Shown: one piece after another, positions 1 through 13,300 of the stretch
Layout: each line of letters opens with the position of its first letter
Position numbering within the stretch: the first letter of the stretch is position 1
Origin: Mobula hypostoma
Taxonomy: Eukaryota
DNA length: 64,000 bases
NCBI RefSeq assembly: GCF_963921235.1
Contig: NC_086108.1
Coordinates: forward strand, 22,010,001 to 22,074,000
Direction of reading: 5' to 3'
Made by a program: the position numbers and the translations under genes
The notes under the pieces: generated by a model
Database searches by the model: none
What the model saw: the letters and a program-made list of their open reading frames with translations, nothing else
Told to the model about the DNA's origin: nothing

Positions 1-472
1 GAATCGCTGAGTGTGTGCCTTCAGGCTTCTGTACCTCCTACCCGATGACACCATTGAGAAAAGGGCATGTCCTGGGTGATGAAGGTCCTTAATAATGAAT
101 GCTGCCTTTCTGAGACACCGCTCCCTAAAGATGTCCTGGGTACTTTGTAGGCTAGTACCCAAGATGGAGCTGACTAAATTTACAATCCTTTGCAGCTTCT
201 TTCAGTCCTGTGCAGTAACTCCCCCCCATACCACACAGTGATGCAGCCTGTTAGAATGCTCTCCATGATACATCTATAGAAGTTTTTGAGTGTATTTGTT
301 GACATACCAAATCTCTTCAAACTCCTAATGAAGTATAGCCGCTGTCTTGCCTTCCTTATAACTGCATCAATATGTTAGGGCCAGGTTAGATCCTCAAAGA
401 TCTTGACACCCAGGAACTTGAAACTGTTCACTCTCTCCACTTCTGATCCCTCTATGAGGATTGGTATGTGTT
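1..472 (-). mobile_element. Rex1/Babar-type non-LTR retrotransposon fragment (RT C-terminal region)
   Basis: Minus strand reads ARQRLYFIRSLKRFGMSTNTLKNFYRC..ESILTGCITVWYG, the typical Rex1 post-RT segment. Confidence 0.8.
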
Positions 473-907
473 CACAGCATTCACAGCATTCATTAAAGGA
501 GGTTTGCAACAGGAACATTACAATGCAGGTTAAATGGGACTATATCACAAATGCATATGGATATGTGCCTTGCTATTTAAGACAGAAAAATATACTGTGG
601 CCCACTATTGTAGCTATTATGTGCTATACAAGCACAATTGACTTGTATAAACCTAAACTTTGTGTGGTTGACAAAGAAAATTTTAAAAAGCTTTTTTATT
701 TTTAGTCATTAAAATCTCTTAAATACAGTGGATTGTTTTTCAGCCAGAAGTCACTGTGGTATTTTTAAAGAGTCGGTTGGCATGATTGTTCCTCACACCT
801 GAATGTATGTGCGATGAAAGACACTGCTGGAAAATGTTCGCTTGCTAGTGGATGATGTTTGTCTTGTCAAGTGCCTCATCAAAATCATAGCAGCTAGGCT
901 CTCTGTT

Positions 908-1420
908 CGAAGTTCAAAGTAAATTTATTATCAACTTACATATATGTCACCATATACAACCCTGAGATTCATCTTCTTGCAGGCATTCACAGCAGATACT
1001 TGAAACACAATAGAAGCAATGGAAAGACTACACCCAACAGGACAGACAAATAACCAATGTGCAAAAGAGAATAAAATGTGCAAATAAAAAAAGAAAGAAA
1101 AGTGTGATGATAATAATAACAAATAAATAAGACAATAAATATTGAGAACATAAAATGTAGAGTCTTTGAAAGTGAGTCCTTAGGTTGTGGGAACAGTTTA
1201 GTGATGGGGTGAATGAAGTTGAGTGAGTTAGTCTCTCTTGTTCAAGAGCCTGATGGTTGAGGGATTGTAACCGTTTTTGAACCTGATGGTGTGAGTCCAG
1301 AGGTTCCTCTACCTTTTTCCTGACAGCAGCAGTGAGAAGAGAGCATGACCAGGGTGGAGGAGTACTTAATGTTGGATGCTGCTTTTCTGCAACGCACTCC
1401 ATATAGATGTGCTCAATAGT
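908..1420 (-). mobile_element. Rex1/Babar 3' end fragment
   Basis: Tail gttcaaagtaaatttattatc, with ORF end (minus strand PPPWSCSLLTAAVRKKVEEP-like) shared with other copies in the window. Confidence 0.65.
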
Positions 1421-2784
1421 GGTGAGGGATTTACCCGAGATGCGATCCAGTCTTTGGATCAGGGAAAGATTGCTTGCATTAAAAGGATTATTGATCAAGC
1501 CAATCATGCTGTGACACTGATTTATTTTTATGTATCTGCTTCCTGTCCCATGTTCTCCATATCATATTGAAGGAAAGGATTTTAAAGGTGGTTTCATATG
1601 GGCATATTGGCACTGCCACTGTCTGTTCAGATACCCGTGCATTCTTGGGAGTATAGTATTGGGTAAGGAAGAAATCCTAGAAAGGTGGCAGAAAACTAAA
1701 TGGATACTTTGCATTGTTTCTCCTCTTCCCCATTTGATTATCAAGCCTGATTCTCTTGATGCATGTAACTCAACCACATATCTGCCTCTCTACTCAAGCA
1801 TGGAAGCTGAGAGTTATTTTAAAGAAAGATTAGTTTTGAAGTAAAAAAAAACTGTTGACAGTTCCAAAGAAAGTGGCTTTGGAGTAAGTCCCATTTATAT
1901 TTATTGATTCAGGATTTTAAAATATATTTAATCATTGTGATCCTGCAATTCCCTTCAAGTCACAGTCCAATTAATCTTCACCAATTCTTTCCATTAAACT
2001 TTGATTATTTTCTTCAGCTTTACTTCTGTACTTCATATTTGAAAGCTATTGTTGAATTTGCTCTACCATCCATCCAGATGCGGCTTTCCAGATCAAAGCT
2101 CGTTGTGTTTCAGAAAGACTTCACTCCTTTTCCCAGTAACATTCAAAGTGTTCACTTGCCTACCACTCCCCACCTCATTGCCCCAGTCATACAGTGCAAG
2201 TGTTTTCGATTACTAATGTTTTAAAATCTATTGTTATTTTTTATTTATATTAATAATCAATTAAGGAGCAATATACCAGATTTTCTAGCTTCTATCATTA
2301 TGTATTTGCACATGGGCACTTTTGCAGATTGGACTGCATATGGATACCTTAACTGATGGCCAGATAAAATCTGTAATTTAACCAGATGAGCTGAGATCTG
2401 ATAATCCATTAAAATTGTTTGCGGTTATGTAGCAGCTGTGTGAAACTTCCTTTTTCATAGAACTCATACTTTGGCAGTTACACCGAGATAAAGCAGTATA
2501 TTTGTGTTCCAATTTTTTTGGTCCTATTTATCTTTATTTTTGTATTACTTTCTTATTATTCTTGAATGCTCTTGCAGTTATGGTAATAGGTTATGCCATT
2601 TTTATTCCAGTATTTTGACACCCCCCTATTTCAAATCACTTTATTTGAAAGACCTATTTTTCCTTGGGCAGTCAAACTAAAAACTCAACTTTCTCTATGG
2701 AGTTGTGATGTTACTTTTTTAAAAAAAATGACAGTAGTTTCCCATTTACCCTTCCCTATCAAGACATTATATAATTTATCATGT

Positions 2785-3090
2785 TACAGGACAGGAATAG
2801 GTGTTTTACCCTTCATGCCTGTGCCAATCATGATGCCATATTAAATTAGTCTCATCTGCCCAGAATGATCCTATATCCCTCCATCTTCTGCCTGTTCCTG
2901 CACCTGTCCACCTGACTCTTTAACATTGCAGTTGTATCTGCTTTTTTCTGCTCCTCCTTCAGTGCATAGCATGCAACTACTTCTCTCTGTGTAGAAAGAG
3001 CTCTAATATTTCAAATATGTCCCCTATCTCTGCTTCTCATAATTTTCCACACTGCACCTCAGCCTCCAAAGCTCCAGAGAAAACAACCTC
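2785..3090 (-). mobile_element. Decayed CR1 LINE 3' fragment
   Basis: Reverse complement resembles the CR1 3' ends at 9400-9790 and 12900-13300. Confidence 0.5.
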
Positions 3091-3436
3091 TTGGAAATGT
3101 TGCTGCATGTAATTATTCAAAGATGTGTATGTGCCTTGATAATGCTTTCCAGCTCAGTGGTGGCAAGACATTACGCAGGTCAGCGTAATTGCATGCCCAA
3201 AATAAAAATGAGGAAATCTGCAGAATGTGGGAAATCTGAAAAAATGACCAAAAGAAATGCTGGAAGCCCTCAGCAAGTCATTCTAAAGGATTGTTGACCT
3301 GAAGCTTTAACTCAGTTTCTCTTTCTGCAGCAGCTACTTGATTTTGTGCAATCACATACTCTTTATGCTTGGGTTAATCTTCTAGGTCTGAACTGATTTT
3401 GGACAATGGTGAAGTTTTGTTCAACCAATACTCTGG

Positions 3437-3517
3437 CAGAGGTTCCCAACCTAGGATCCACAGAGCCCTTGGTTAATGGTAGAGGTCCACGGCAGTTAAA
3501 AAGGTTGGGAGCCCCTG
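3437..3517. mobile_element. ~80-bp hAT-like MITE
   Basis: TIRs cagaggttcccaacc / ggttgggagcccctg; a second copy lies at 55782-55861. Confidence 0.65.
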
Positions 3518-4049
3518 CTTTAGAACATGACTTTTGACTGTTTCCAGGACATGCTGTGTGTAATTGTTTTCAGGGAGAATTGTTAAAAAGATTACTTACA
3601 GTAGAGTGAAAGCTTTTGGGATAAATAAATGTGAAGGGTTTCACCTGATATTTTGATTACCTGAATAATAGAACCCATATAATTCCTCTGCTTTTAAGGG
3701 ATTAATCCTCATAATTTGAACCTCTTGATTTGTTATAAGTCATGAATGGAGGATGTTTGAACTGGAAGCACCTTTGTTTTGAGCTGTATTAAATCAGCAT
3801 AGTCTGGGCCAGACAGCAGATGATTCAGTTAGGCTGAAAAAGAAACCCAATTTCTTCAACCTACCTAATTTTAACACTTCACTCCAGGTTTTATTAACAT
3901 GAGTTGGAGTAAATATGCCATCTTCCTTGTATGGTTTAGGTGGCTGACGTTCAGTCACTTTGCATGGAATGCAGCCCTACGTGGCCAGATTTTGGTTAGT
4001 TATGCCAGGGCAGGACTTGCACAGGGACCTGGACAGTACTGTAGAACAG

Positions 4050-4750
4050 AGAGACCTAAACATGCAGGTACATTGTTCCCTGGAAGTGTTGACATAGATA
4101 GACAGGTTTTTGAAGGTGGTGTATGACATGTTTGCCTTCATCATAAAGGGCATTGAGTGTAGGTGTTGGGATGTCATGTTACAATTCTATGAGTCATTGG
4201 TAAGACCACACTTGAAGTACTGTGTTCAGTTCTGCTTGCCAAGCTCAGGGAAGGAGGTCATTAAATTGGAAAGGTTGCAGACAAGCTTCACAATTAATGT
4301 TACTGGGACTGGAAGTCTTAAGTTTTTAAGAAGAGACTCACCAGGTTGTGTCACCTTTCTCTGGAGGAATCTGAGGAGTGACCTTGTAGAGATATATAAA
4401 AATTGTGAGGGGAGCAGATAAGGTGGTTGATCACAGCCTGTTTACCAGGACGAGGGAGTCTAAAATTGCAGGGCAGAGATTTAAGGTGAGAGGGGAAAAT
4501 TTAGAAGAGACCTGAGGAGCAACTTTTTTCACACAATGATTGTGGGTATATTGCTAGGGAAAGCTGTAAGGGCAGGTATAATTAAAAGGTTTAAAAGGCA
4601 TTTGGATGGGTAATGGATAGAAGGATGGGTAATAGATCCAAGCTGGATATGGGCCAAGTGGAGGCAAATGGAACTTTCTCAGATAAGCATCTTGGTCAGC
4701 ATAGATGTGTTGGGTTGAAGGGGTTGTTTCTGTGCTGTATAACTCAATAA
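4050..4750 (+). mobile_element. CR1 LINE 3' fragment
   Basis: ORF 4110-4421 FAFIIKGIECRCWDVMLQFYESLVRPHLKYCVQF is the CR1 ORF2 C-terminus, followed by a CR1 3' UTR. Confidence 0.85.
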
Positions 4751-7396
4751 CTCATAGCTGCTAGTGAGGGAGTGGGAGCTGAGCAGAGAAGGAGCCATTT
4801 AAAAGCAGGAAGTATCATTGGGAGTGAGTTTTATTTGAGCCAATAAAAAGAAGTAAGTTAAAAGCAGGGCGGCCAGGGTTAGAGTGGTCAGGCTTTGGTG
4901 TAAACCGGGGGAGGCCCTAAGTAAGTAGTGAATTTTTTTTTCTTTCTTTGCCCATTAGTACATAGTTAGTGGGGGGGGGGGGTGAGAATTAGACCAGGTT
5001 TAATGATATGTTTTTCGTGTGAGATGTGGGAACTCTGGGAAACTTTCAGTCCCTCTGATAACTATATCTGCATGGAGTGTATCAAGCTATACTCCTCAGA
5101 GACTGTGTTCAGAAAATAGAGCTGCAGCTCAATGATCTTTGTCTCATATGGGAGAGTGAAGGTGTGATAGATAGGAGCTATGAGGAGGTATCTGGATGAT
5201 TGTTAGGAGAGGGAAAGGGAATAGGCAGCCTGTGCAGAGTAGCCAGTGGCCATTCCCCTCAATAATAAGTATACTGTTCTGGATAAGGCTGGGTTGGGTT
5301 GACCAACAGGGGGAAGCCACAGCGACTGGTTCTCTGCAACTGAGTCTGACTCTGTTGCTCAATAAGGAAGGGGAGGGGGAAGAGGAATAGAGTCAGGAGC
5401 AGGCAGGAGATTCTATGGATATGGAAAAAGACACGTAGATGGTATGTTGCCTCCCAGGTGCAAAGGTCAGGGATGTTTTGGATCCACAGCATTCTAAAGG
5501 GGGAAGGTGAACAGCCAGAAGTTGTTGTACATATTGGTACCAACAACATAGGTCGGAAAAGGGATGAGGCCCTGAAGAGAGAATGTAGAGAGTTGGGTAG
5601 AAAACTGAAAAGCAGGACCTCAAGGGCGGTAATCTCTGGATTGCTGCCTGTGCCATGCACTAATGAGCGTAAAAATAGAATGACTTGGCATATGAATGTG
5701 TCGCTGGGGATTGGTGCATGAGTCAGAATTTCAGATCTCTGGATCATTGGGATCTCTTCTGGGGAAGATATGATCTGTACAAAAAGGATAGGTTACACCT
5801 AAACCGGGGGTGGGGTGGGGTACACGGTGGAACTAATACCTCTGTGGGCAGGTTTGCTAGAGCTATAGGGGAGGATTTAAACTTATTTGGCAGGTGAATG
5901 GGATCTTAAGTGAAAGGGTATAAGAATAGGGCGGTTAGTATGCAAGTAGATGCAGCATGTAGTGAGACTGAGGAAGGACAGGTAGATGATAGGGCTAAAT
6001 TGCAGTCAGTGGGATGGGTTGAAATGTAAAATGGGGGAAAAATCAAGAAAGATGATTAATATAGAACTGAAAGTGTAATATTTGAATGCACATAGTATAC
6101 ATAATAAGGTAGATGATCTTGTAGGGTAGAGAGATTGGCAGCTGTGATGTTGTAGACATCACTGAGTTGTGGCTGAAAGATCATAGTTGGGAGCTTAGCA
6201 TCCAAGGATACACATTGTATTGAATGGTCAGGCAAGTAGGCGGAGGGGGTGGATGGCTCTGTTGGTAAAAAATGAAATCAAACCATTAGACGTGACATAG
6301 GATTGGAAGATGTAGAATCCTTGTGGGTAAAGTTAAGAACTTGTAAGTGTAAAAAGACTGTGATGGGAATTATTTAAAGGCTTCTGAACAGTACCTAGGA
6401 TATGGAGTACATATTACAATGGGAGATAGCTGAGGCATGTAAAAAGGGCAATGTTACGATAGTCATTTGGAGATTTCAATATACAGTTAGATGCGGAAAA
6501 TCAGGTTGACGTTGGATCCCAAGGGAAGGAATTTGTTGATGGCTTTTTAGAACAGCAAGTGGTTGACCCCACCAGGGGAAAGCAATACTGGATTGGATGT
6601 TGTGCAAAGAAACAGATTTAATTAAGGAGATTAAGGTAAATGCACCCTTCGGAAGCAGTGATCATAATATGATATAATTCACCCTGCAGTTTGAGAGGGA
6701 GAAGCTAAAGTCAGATGTATCAGTATTACAATGGAATTAAGGGAATTACAGAAGCACAAGAGGGAGCTGGCTAAAGTTAATTGGAAGGGACGATGGTAGA
6801 ACAGCATTGGCTCAATTCTCTGGGAGCAATTCAGAAGGTGCAGGATAGACATATCCCAAAGAATTATTCTAAGGGCAGGATGACACAACTGGGCTGACAA
6901 AGGAAGTCAAAGACAGCATAAAAGCAAAAGTGAGGGGATATAATATAGCAAAAACTGGTGTGGTTAGAGGATTAGAAGCTTTTTTAAAAAAACAAAAGAA
7001 GACAACTGAAAAAGCCATAAGGACAGAAAAGATTAAATATTGAGGTAAGTTAGCCAATAATATAAAAAGGATGCAAAACATTTTTTTCTGATATATAAAG
7101 AGTAAAAGAGGGGCAAGAGTGGATATTAGACCACTGGAAACGGACACTGGAGAGAGCAATTGGGGGGACAAAGTCATGCCGCATTGAACTTAATAAATAT
7201 TTTGTGTCAGTCTTCACTGTGAAAGTCTCTCACAGTATGCCAGAAAATTGAGTGGGGGCAGAAGTAAATATAGTTGCTATTACAAAGGAGAAGGTGTTTG
7301 CAAAGCTGAAAGGTCTGAAGGTAGATAAGCCATGTGGACCCGATGGACTACACCTCAGAGTTCTGAATGAGATAGATGAGGAGATTGTAGAGGCAT

Positions 7397-7446
<50 letters not shown>
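7397..7446. repeat. (GATA)n microsatellite, the 3' tail of the Rex1 copy
   Basis: About 12 perfect TAGA units. Confidence 0.95.
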
Positions 7447-8694
7447 CTTCATTGATCCCAAAGGAAATTACAGGGTATTAGTTGCATTACAAGTACACAT
7501 GTATACATGTATCAGAAGAGAAATAAGAAAGAATAAAACATAAACTACCTCAAACAGTATAACAGGAAAGAGATCATCATTTCTCCAACTACAAGTTCAC
7601 TCATTATAGAGCCTAATGGCCGAGGGTAAGAATGACCTCATATAGCGCTCTTTGGAGCAGTGCAGTTACCTTAGTCTATTACTAAAAGTGCTTCTCTGTT
7701 CAGCCAAGTTGGCATGCAGAGGGTGAGAAACATTGTCCAGAATTGCCAGGATTTTCTGTAGGGTCCTTTGTTCTACCACAGCCTCCAGTGTGTCGAGTTT
7801 GACTCCTATAACAGAGCCAGCCTTTCTAATCAGTTTAATAAGCCTGTTGACATCACCCATGTTGAAGCCATTGCCCAAGCACACCACAGCATAAAAGATT
7901 GTACTGGTGACAACAGAGTGATAGAGGATGTGAAGGAGAGGCCTGCATACTCCAAAGGACTTCAGTCATCTCAGGAAGTAGGGGCAACTCTGGCCCCTCT
8001 TGTACATAGCCTCTGTGTTGGTGCTCCACTCAAGTCTGTCATCTAGGTTCACTGCCAGGTACTTGTAGGTCCTGACCACATCCACATCCTCACCATCAAT
8101 AGTAACCGGGAGCAGTGCAGGCTTAGTCTTCCTAAAGTCCATCACCATCTCCTTTGCCTTACTCGAACTGCAAATGATTCAGCTTGCACCTTTGACCAAG
8201 TCCTCCACCAGGGCCCTGTATTCGTCCTCCTGTCCTCCCTATATACACCCAATTATTGCTGAGTTAATCAGAAAATTTCTGCAGATGAATCAGTGTTGTA
8301 TCTACAGTCTGAGGTATACAGGGTAAACGGGAAGGGAGCCAATACAGTCCCCATGGGGCTCCAGTGCTGCTTATAGCCATCTCCATCACACAGCTCTGAA
8401 GCCATACAAACTGTGGTCTGCATTTTCCAGGATACAATGGAAGTACCACCCTGCAATGGATGGAGCTATTCTCCCAGCAATGAGGGCTGTATGGTATTTG
8501 AAGGCACTTGGGAAATCAAAAAACGTGATTGTCTCAGTGCTGTCCTACTTATCCAAGTGGGAGTGAGCTGTGTTCAGCAGGTGCATGACAGCATCATCAA
8601 CTCCAATGAGCTGGTAGGCAAACTGCAGGGGATCAAGGGCTGATTTGACCTAGGGTCAGAGGTGAGCGAGGACGAGCCTCTCTAGGGTCTTCAG
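7397..8694 (-). mobile_element. 5'-truncated Rex1/Babar LINE with (TATC)n tail nested in CR1
   Basis: Minus ORFs MVMDFRKTKPALLPVTIDGEDVDVVRTYKYL, LQKFSD, and GAPWGLYW/GTVLAPFPFTLYT. The CR1 sequence resumes on both sides (gaggcat..|..tagtgatctttcaag). Confidence 0.9.
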
Positions 8695-10325
8695 TAGTGA
8701 TCTTTCAAGAGTCATTAGATTCTGGAGTGATTTAGAGGATTAGAAAATTGCAGATGTGACTGCACTCTTTAAGAAGGGAGGGAAGCAGAAGAAAGGAAAT
8801 TATAGGGACCGCTTCTTTTCACCTTGTATGCCCATGTTTGGATGACAGAATTGATGGCTTTGTGGCCAAGTTTGTGGGCAATATGAATGTAGGTGGAAGG
8901 GCAGGAAGTGTTGAAGAAGCAGTGAGTCTGCAGAAGGACTTGGACAGATGAAGAGAATGGGCAAAAAAGTGGCAGATAAAATATAGTTTAGGAAAATGTA
9001 TGGTCATGCACTTTGGTAGAAGGAATAAAGTTGTTGACTATTTTCTGAACAGGCGGAGAAAACTCAAAAATCAGATGTTTAAATGGACTTGAAAGGCTTT
9101 GGTAGAGTTCCCTAAAGATTAACTTGCAGTTTGAATTAGTGGTGATGGAGGCAGATGTAACATTGGCATTTATTTTGAGGGGTTTAGAATATAAAAGCTG
9201 GGATGTAATACTAAGGCTTTATAAGGCATTGGTCAGTCCACACTTGCAGAATTGTGAGCAATTTTGGGCCCAATTATCAAAGAAAAGAGTGCTGGCATTG
9301 GAGAGAATCCAGAGAAAGTTCATGAGAAAGATTCCTGGAATGTATGATCAGAGTTTGATTACCTTTGGCCTGTACTCACTGGAGTTTAGATGAATGGGCG
9401 GGGGGGGGGGAGAGATCTCATTGAAACTTATTGAATATTGAAAGGCCTAGATAGAGTGGATGTGGAGAGGATGTTTCCTGTAGTGGAGGAATCTATAGAG
9501 TGCAAAGGCTCAGAATAGAGGGATGCCCATTTCGAACAGTGAGGAGGAATTTCTTTAGCTATAAGGTCGTGAATCTCTGGAATTTATTGCCAGACAGCTA
9601 GAAGAGGCCAAGTCATTGGGTATGTTTAAATTGAAGGTTGATAGGTTCTTGATCAGTCAGGTGTTAAGGGTTATGGGGAGAAGGTGGGAGAATCGACTTG
9701 AGAGGAATAATAAATCAGTCACGGTGGAATGGTGGAGAAAACACCTCAGGCTGAATGGGCTAATTCTGCTCCTATGTCTTATGGACTCCATAACTTTCTG
9801 GCTGCCTTCTCAATTTTCAATGATCCATGCAGTCTCATCTAGGGACTGAAATATTGTTTTCATGTAGCCAAATGGGAGAAATGAATTCAAAATTTACATC
9901 GTTTTCTCAAAGCTGGCATTTGAATACATTACAGCATCTTAGTTGAAGAAGAATTATTTATTTTGTTTGATTGCGTGGTGATGGTGCGACTGGAGATGTG
10001 CCCAGTAGATATGAGACAAATGGTGATGATATTGATAGTATCAAGTGACCACAGTGCAGCAAATTGAAGCACTTCCTACTGGAGCGTCCAAATTATTATT
10101 AAAGAAATGAGAAAGGAGTAATGATCTAAAAAGGAGAAAGTTACTTGGTCACGAGGCAAGGACATTTGTGGTATTGTGTCTGTGTAAACAATTGATGGTC
10201 AAGGCAATATTGGTTGGTGACTTGATTAACCTAGATCTAATGATACGATTAGCTTATTTTCTGCAGTGTGAGTTCAATTGCTACTTTGGAAGAGAATAAC
10301 ATTTTCATCTGTAACAAAAATGAGA

Positions 10326-10579
10326 GGTGCCATGGTAGTATAGTGGTTTGCATAATGTTATTAATCTCAAGCGTCAGAGCTCACTACTGGTGGCAGCTGT
10401 AAGAAGTTTGTACGTCCTCTCTGTGAATGTGTGTGTTTCTGGGTGTCAGTTTTCGCCCACATTCCAAGGATGTTCCGATTAGTCATTGTAAATTGTCCTC
10501 TGATTAGGCTAAGGTTAAGTAGGTGGGTTGCTGGGTAGTGTGGCTATTTTGGCCAGAAGGGCCTTTTCTACATTGTATC
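10326..10579 (+). mobile_element. tRNA-derived V-SINE (HE1-like)
   Basis: Degenerate tRNA head, then gtttgtacgtcctc..cccacattccaagga V-domain-like core; homologous to 24266-24526. Confidence 0.7.
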
Positions 10580-11450
10580 TGTGACGAGAATACACATAGA
10601 TTAAGATGTTAGCTGTCCTGTGCTGGCACCAGTGGGATCAGCAGTTGGTCTGCCACCTGTCTTCAGGAAAAAGAGAGATAAGGAAAACAATGGAGCAGCA
10701 TTTGGAGATGTTAATGAAGGGACGGGAGAGTTTAACGGAAGGAGAGCTGTCAAGATCGGCTCCCCCTTTGAACCCTGAACTGTTTGAAGTGATGGACAGG
10801 CGATACCCCAGCAGGGGGATAAAAAGGGACAGGTTCGCTAAGGCAAGACACACACGACACCCCGAGGTAACGAGACCCTGGAAGCGGTGCGTCTCCCACA
10901 AGTTGGTGGGAAGTTTTGGAGGGCTGGTCGCGGGACCAAGCCATAGACGCACAGGGTGGAAAGGTACGATCGGCGGGAACCTGGTGTGTGTCCACCCTTG
11001 CCTGGGTGCCAGGTTCACCGCAAAGAAACGATCGTATCTGGAAACGGAGGGGTCACGGTCGGTGACCTCAGAAGACATCACAAAGGGCTCGCCCAAAAGC
11101 TGACTGCGAAGAATATCGAAGGTCTGTGTGGAAGCCGTTTGAATATTCATTCGTTTTTGCTCTCTCTCTCCTACCCCCACTGTCCATCTCCCACGGCAGT
11201 GATTACTGCGAACTGAACTGAACTCAATTGAACTGAACTTTGCGTCACTTTGAAACTGGTCATTTACCCCTAGACGACGATAGAGCTTGATTGATCCCGT
11301 TATCCTAATTCTGTGTACATGTGTGTTTATCATTGCTGAACTGTTGCATTTATTATCCTTTTGATTAGAGTACTGTGTTGCTTGTTTCTTTAATAAAACT
11401 TTCTTAGTTCTAGTAATCCAGACTCCAACTGAGTGACCCATTTCTGCGGG
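10580..11450 (+). mobile_element. Solo LTR, 3' end apparently lost
   Basis: Starts TGTGACG; CpG-rich and young-looking; TATA-like gataaaaag near 10818; AATAAA near 11392. No matching terminal CA plus TSD found. Confidence 0.65.
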
Positions 11451-12439
11451 TTTATAGTCATGTTGCTTGAGCATGATATACTGGCCGAACAAGAATTAGC
11501 AGTGTTCTCAATATTGTGTTCAGCAATAACTTTATTGACCTTGTGTCAAGATGAGTTTTGCTTGCTACTGGTTTACTTTCAATTGAAGTTGCCAAGGACC
11601 CAGTTATATGAATTGAGTGTAAGATATCTAAAATTATAATTGCTTTACATCAATCCTAGGCACTAGATTCAAGCAACCCAATCCAATGAACTTTGCAAGA
11701 ACCTCTTTGTTAATATCTGAGGGCTAGAAAGTTGTGACGGTTGACCACAGATAATTCAATAAAAAGGCTGATGTAATTACTGTCTTGGGGCTACTTGAAT
11801 ATTTCAATCATGGTTCAACACCTTTCTATTAGCTTCCTAAACTGTGCCTTGCTTTGTAGCAATAGAGACCCAAAGGTTGTTGAGTGACACTTGACCTTAT
11901 GTTTTCTTATGGCATTTGGTCACACATAGGGGTAGGAAAACTCTTGCTAATCATCAGCATTCCTCAGTTGATTGTTATCCTGCTCTCTATTGAGCATGTC
12001 GTTGTAATCCCTGAGGGCAGTATTTATCAGCAATTTTGGCTTGATAGTGTCACTCTGGATGAATCTGGTAAAATATCAGACTAACCTGTAAAGGCGAGAC
12101 AACCAAAACCCAATTGACTTCAGCTTTTGTAAACTATCATTTCCTGATGTATCCATTCACAACATTATTAGGATGAAGAACCACCACCATGTCTGCATTT
12201 GATGCACTCAAAGTCCCATCTTCACATGGAGGGTATTCTCCTCTGTAGTACAACTATTTTGCAATATGAAATAGAGATAACAAAAATACAAGCAACCATG
12301 AGGTAGTATGGGGCATAATCAGAATTGAATTCCAGCATTTAATGAAGAGTCTAAAACAACATTCCAGAAACATAGAATATGAAACAGTATAACACAGGAA
12401 AAGCCTTTCAGTCCACCATGTTTACACTGACTATTGACA

Positions 12440-13300
12440 GGTAGTTATGAGGAAGTAGAGAGGCTACAGAACAACTTAGACAGATGAGGGAAATGGGCAA
12501 AGAAGTGGCTGATGGAATACAGTGTCGGGAAGTGTATGGTTATGCACTTAGGTAGAAGAAATGTAAGAGCTGACTATTTTCTAAATGTAAAGAAAATACA
12601 AAAATCTAAGGCGCAAGGGGACTTGGGAGAGCTTGTGCAGGATTCCCTAAAGGTTAATTTGCAGGTTGAGTCTGTGGTGAAGAAGGCAAATGCGATGTTA
12701 GTATTCATTTCAAGACGACTAGAATATAAAAGCAAGGATAATTGTGAGCAGTTTTGGGCCCCTTATCTTAGAAAAGATGTGCAGAAACTGGAGAGGGTTC
12801 AAAAGAGATTCACGAAAACGATTCCTGGATAAACAGCTTGTCATATGAGGGGTGTTTGTTAGCTGTGGGCATGTATTCACAGGAATTCAGAAGAATGAGG
12901 GGTGACCTCATTGAAACCTATCGAAAGGTGAAAGTCCTTGATAGAGTGGATGTGGAGAGGATGTTTCCAATTGTGGGAGCCTCTAAATCCAGAATACACG
13001 CCTCAGAACAGAGGGGTGTCCTTTTAGAACAGAGTTGAGGAGGAATTTCTTTAGCTAGAAAGTGACAAACCTGTGGAATTCATTGCCACAGGCAGCTGTA
13101 GAGGCTAAGTCTTTATGTATATTTAAAGCAAAGGTTGATAAATTCTTGATTGGTCAAGGCAGGAAGGGATACGAGGGGTGGGGTGGGGAAGGCAGGATAT
13201 TGGGGCTGAGAGGAAAAATGGATCAGCCATGATGAAATGGTGGAGCAGACTTGATGGACCAAATGGCCTAATTCTGCTCCTGTATCTTATGGTCATGGTC
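12440..13300 (+). mobile_element. CR1 LINE 3' fragment, inserted within an older minus-strand CR1 tail (12365-12435 and 13300-13395)
   Basis: ORFs KCMVMHLGRRN..DLGELVQDSLK and RRMRGDLIETY; tail cctgtatcttatggtc. Confidence 0.88.

Larger units (their letters stand above)
4760..9790 (+). mobile_element. Near full-length decayed CR1 LINE (ORF1 zinc finger + SGNH esterase; ORF2 APE and RT), interrupted by a Rex1 insertion and with an internal RT deletion
   Basis: CxxC..CxxC near 5005-5080; esterase motif VVVHIGTNNIG at 5521; APE motifs (YLNAHSI, DITELWL, GDFN, SDHN) 6075-6670; ORF2 C-terminus LYKALVSPHL at 9124-9393; 3' tail ..cctatgtcttatgg. Confidence 0.9.

Noticed and set aside
10606..11492. 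Long ORFs (284 aa minus, 165 aa plus)
   Set aside because: They fall within a GC-rich solo LTR, with no recognisable domain or splice structure.
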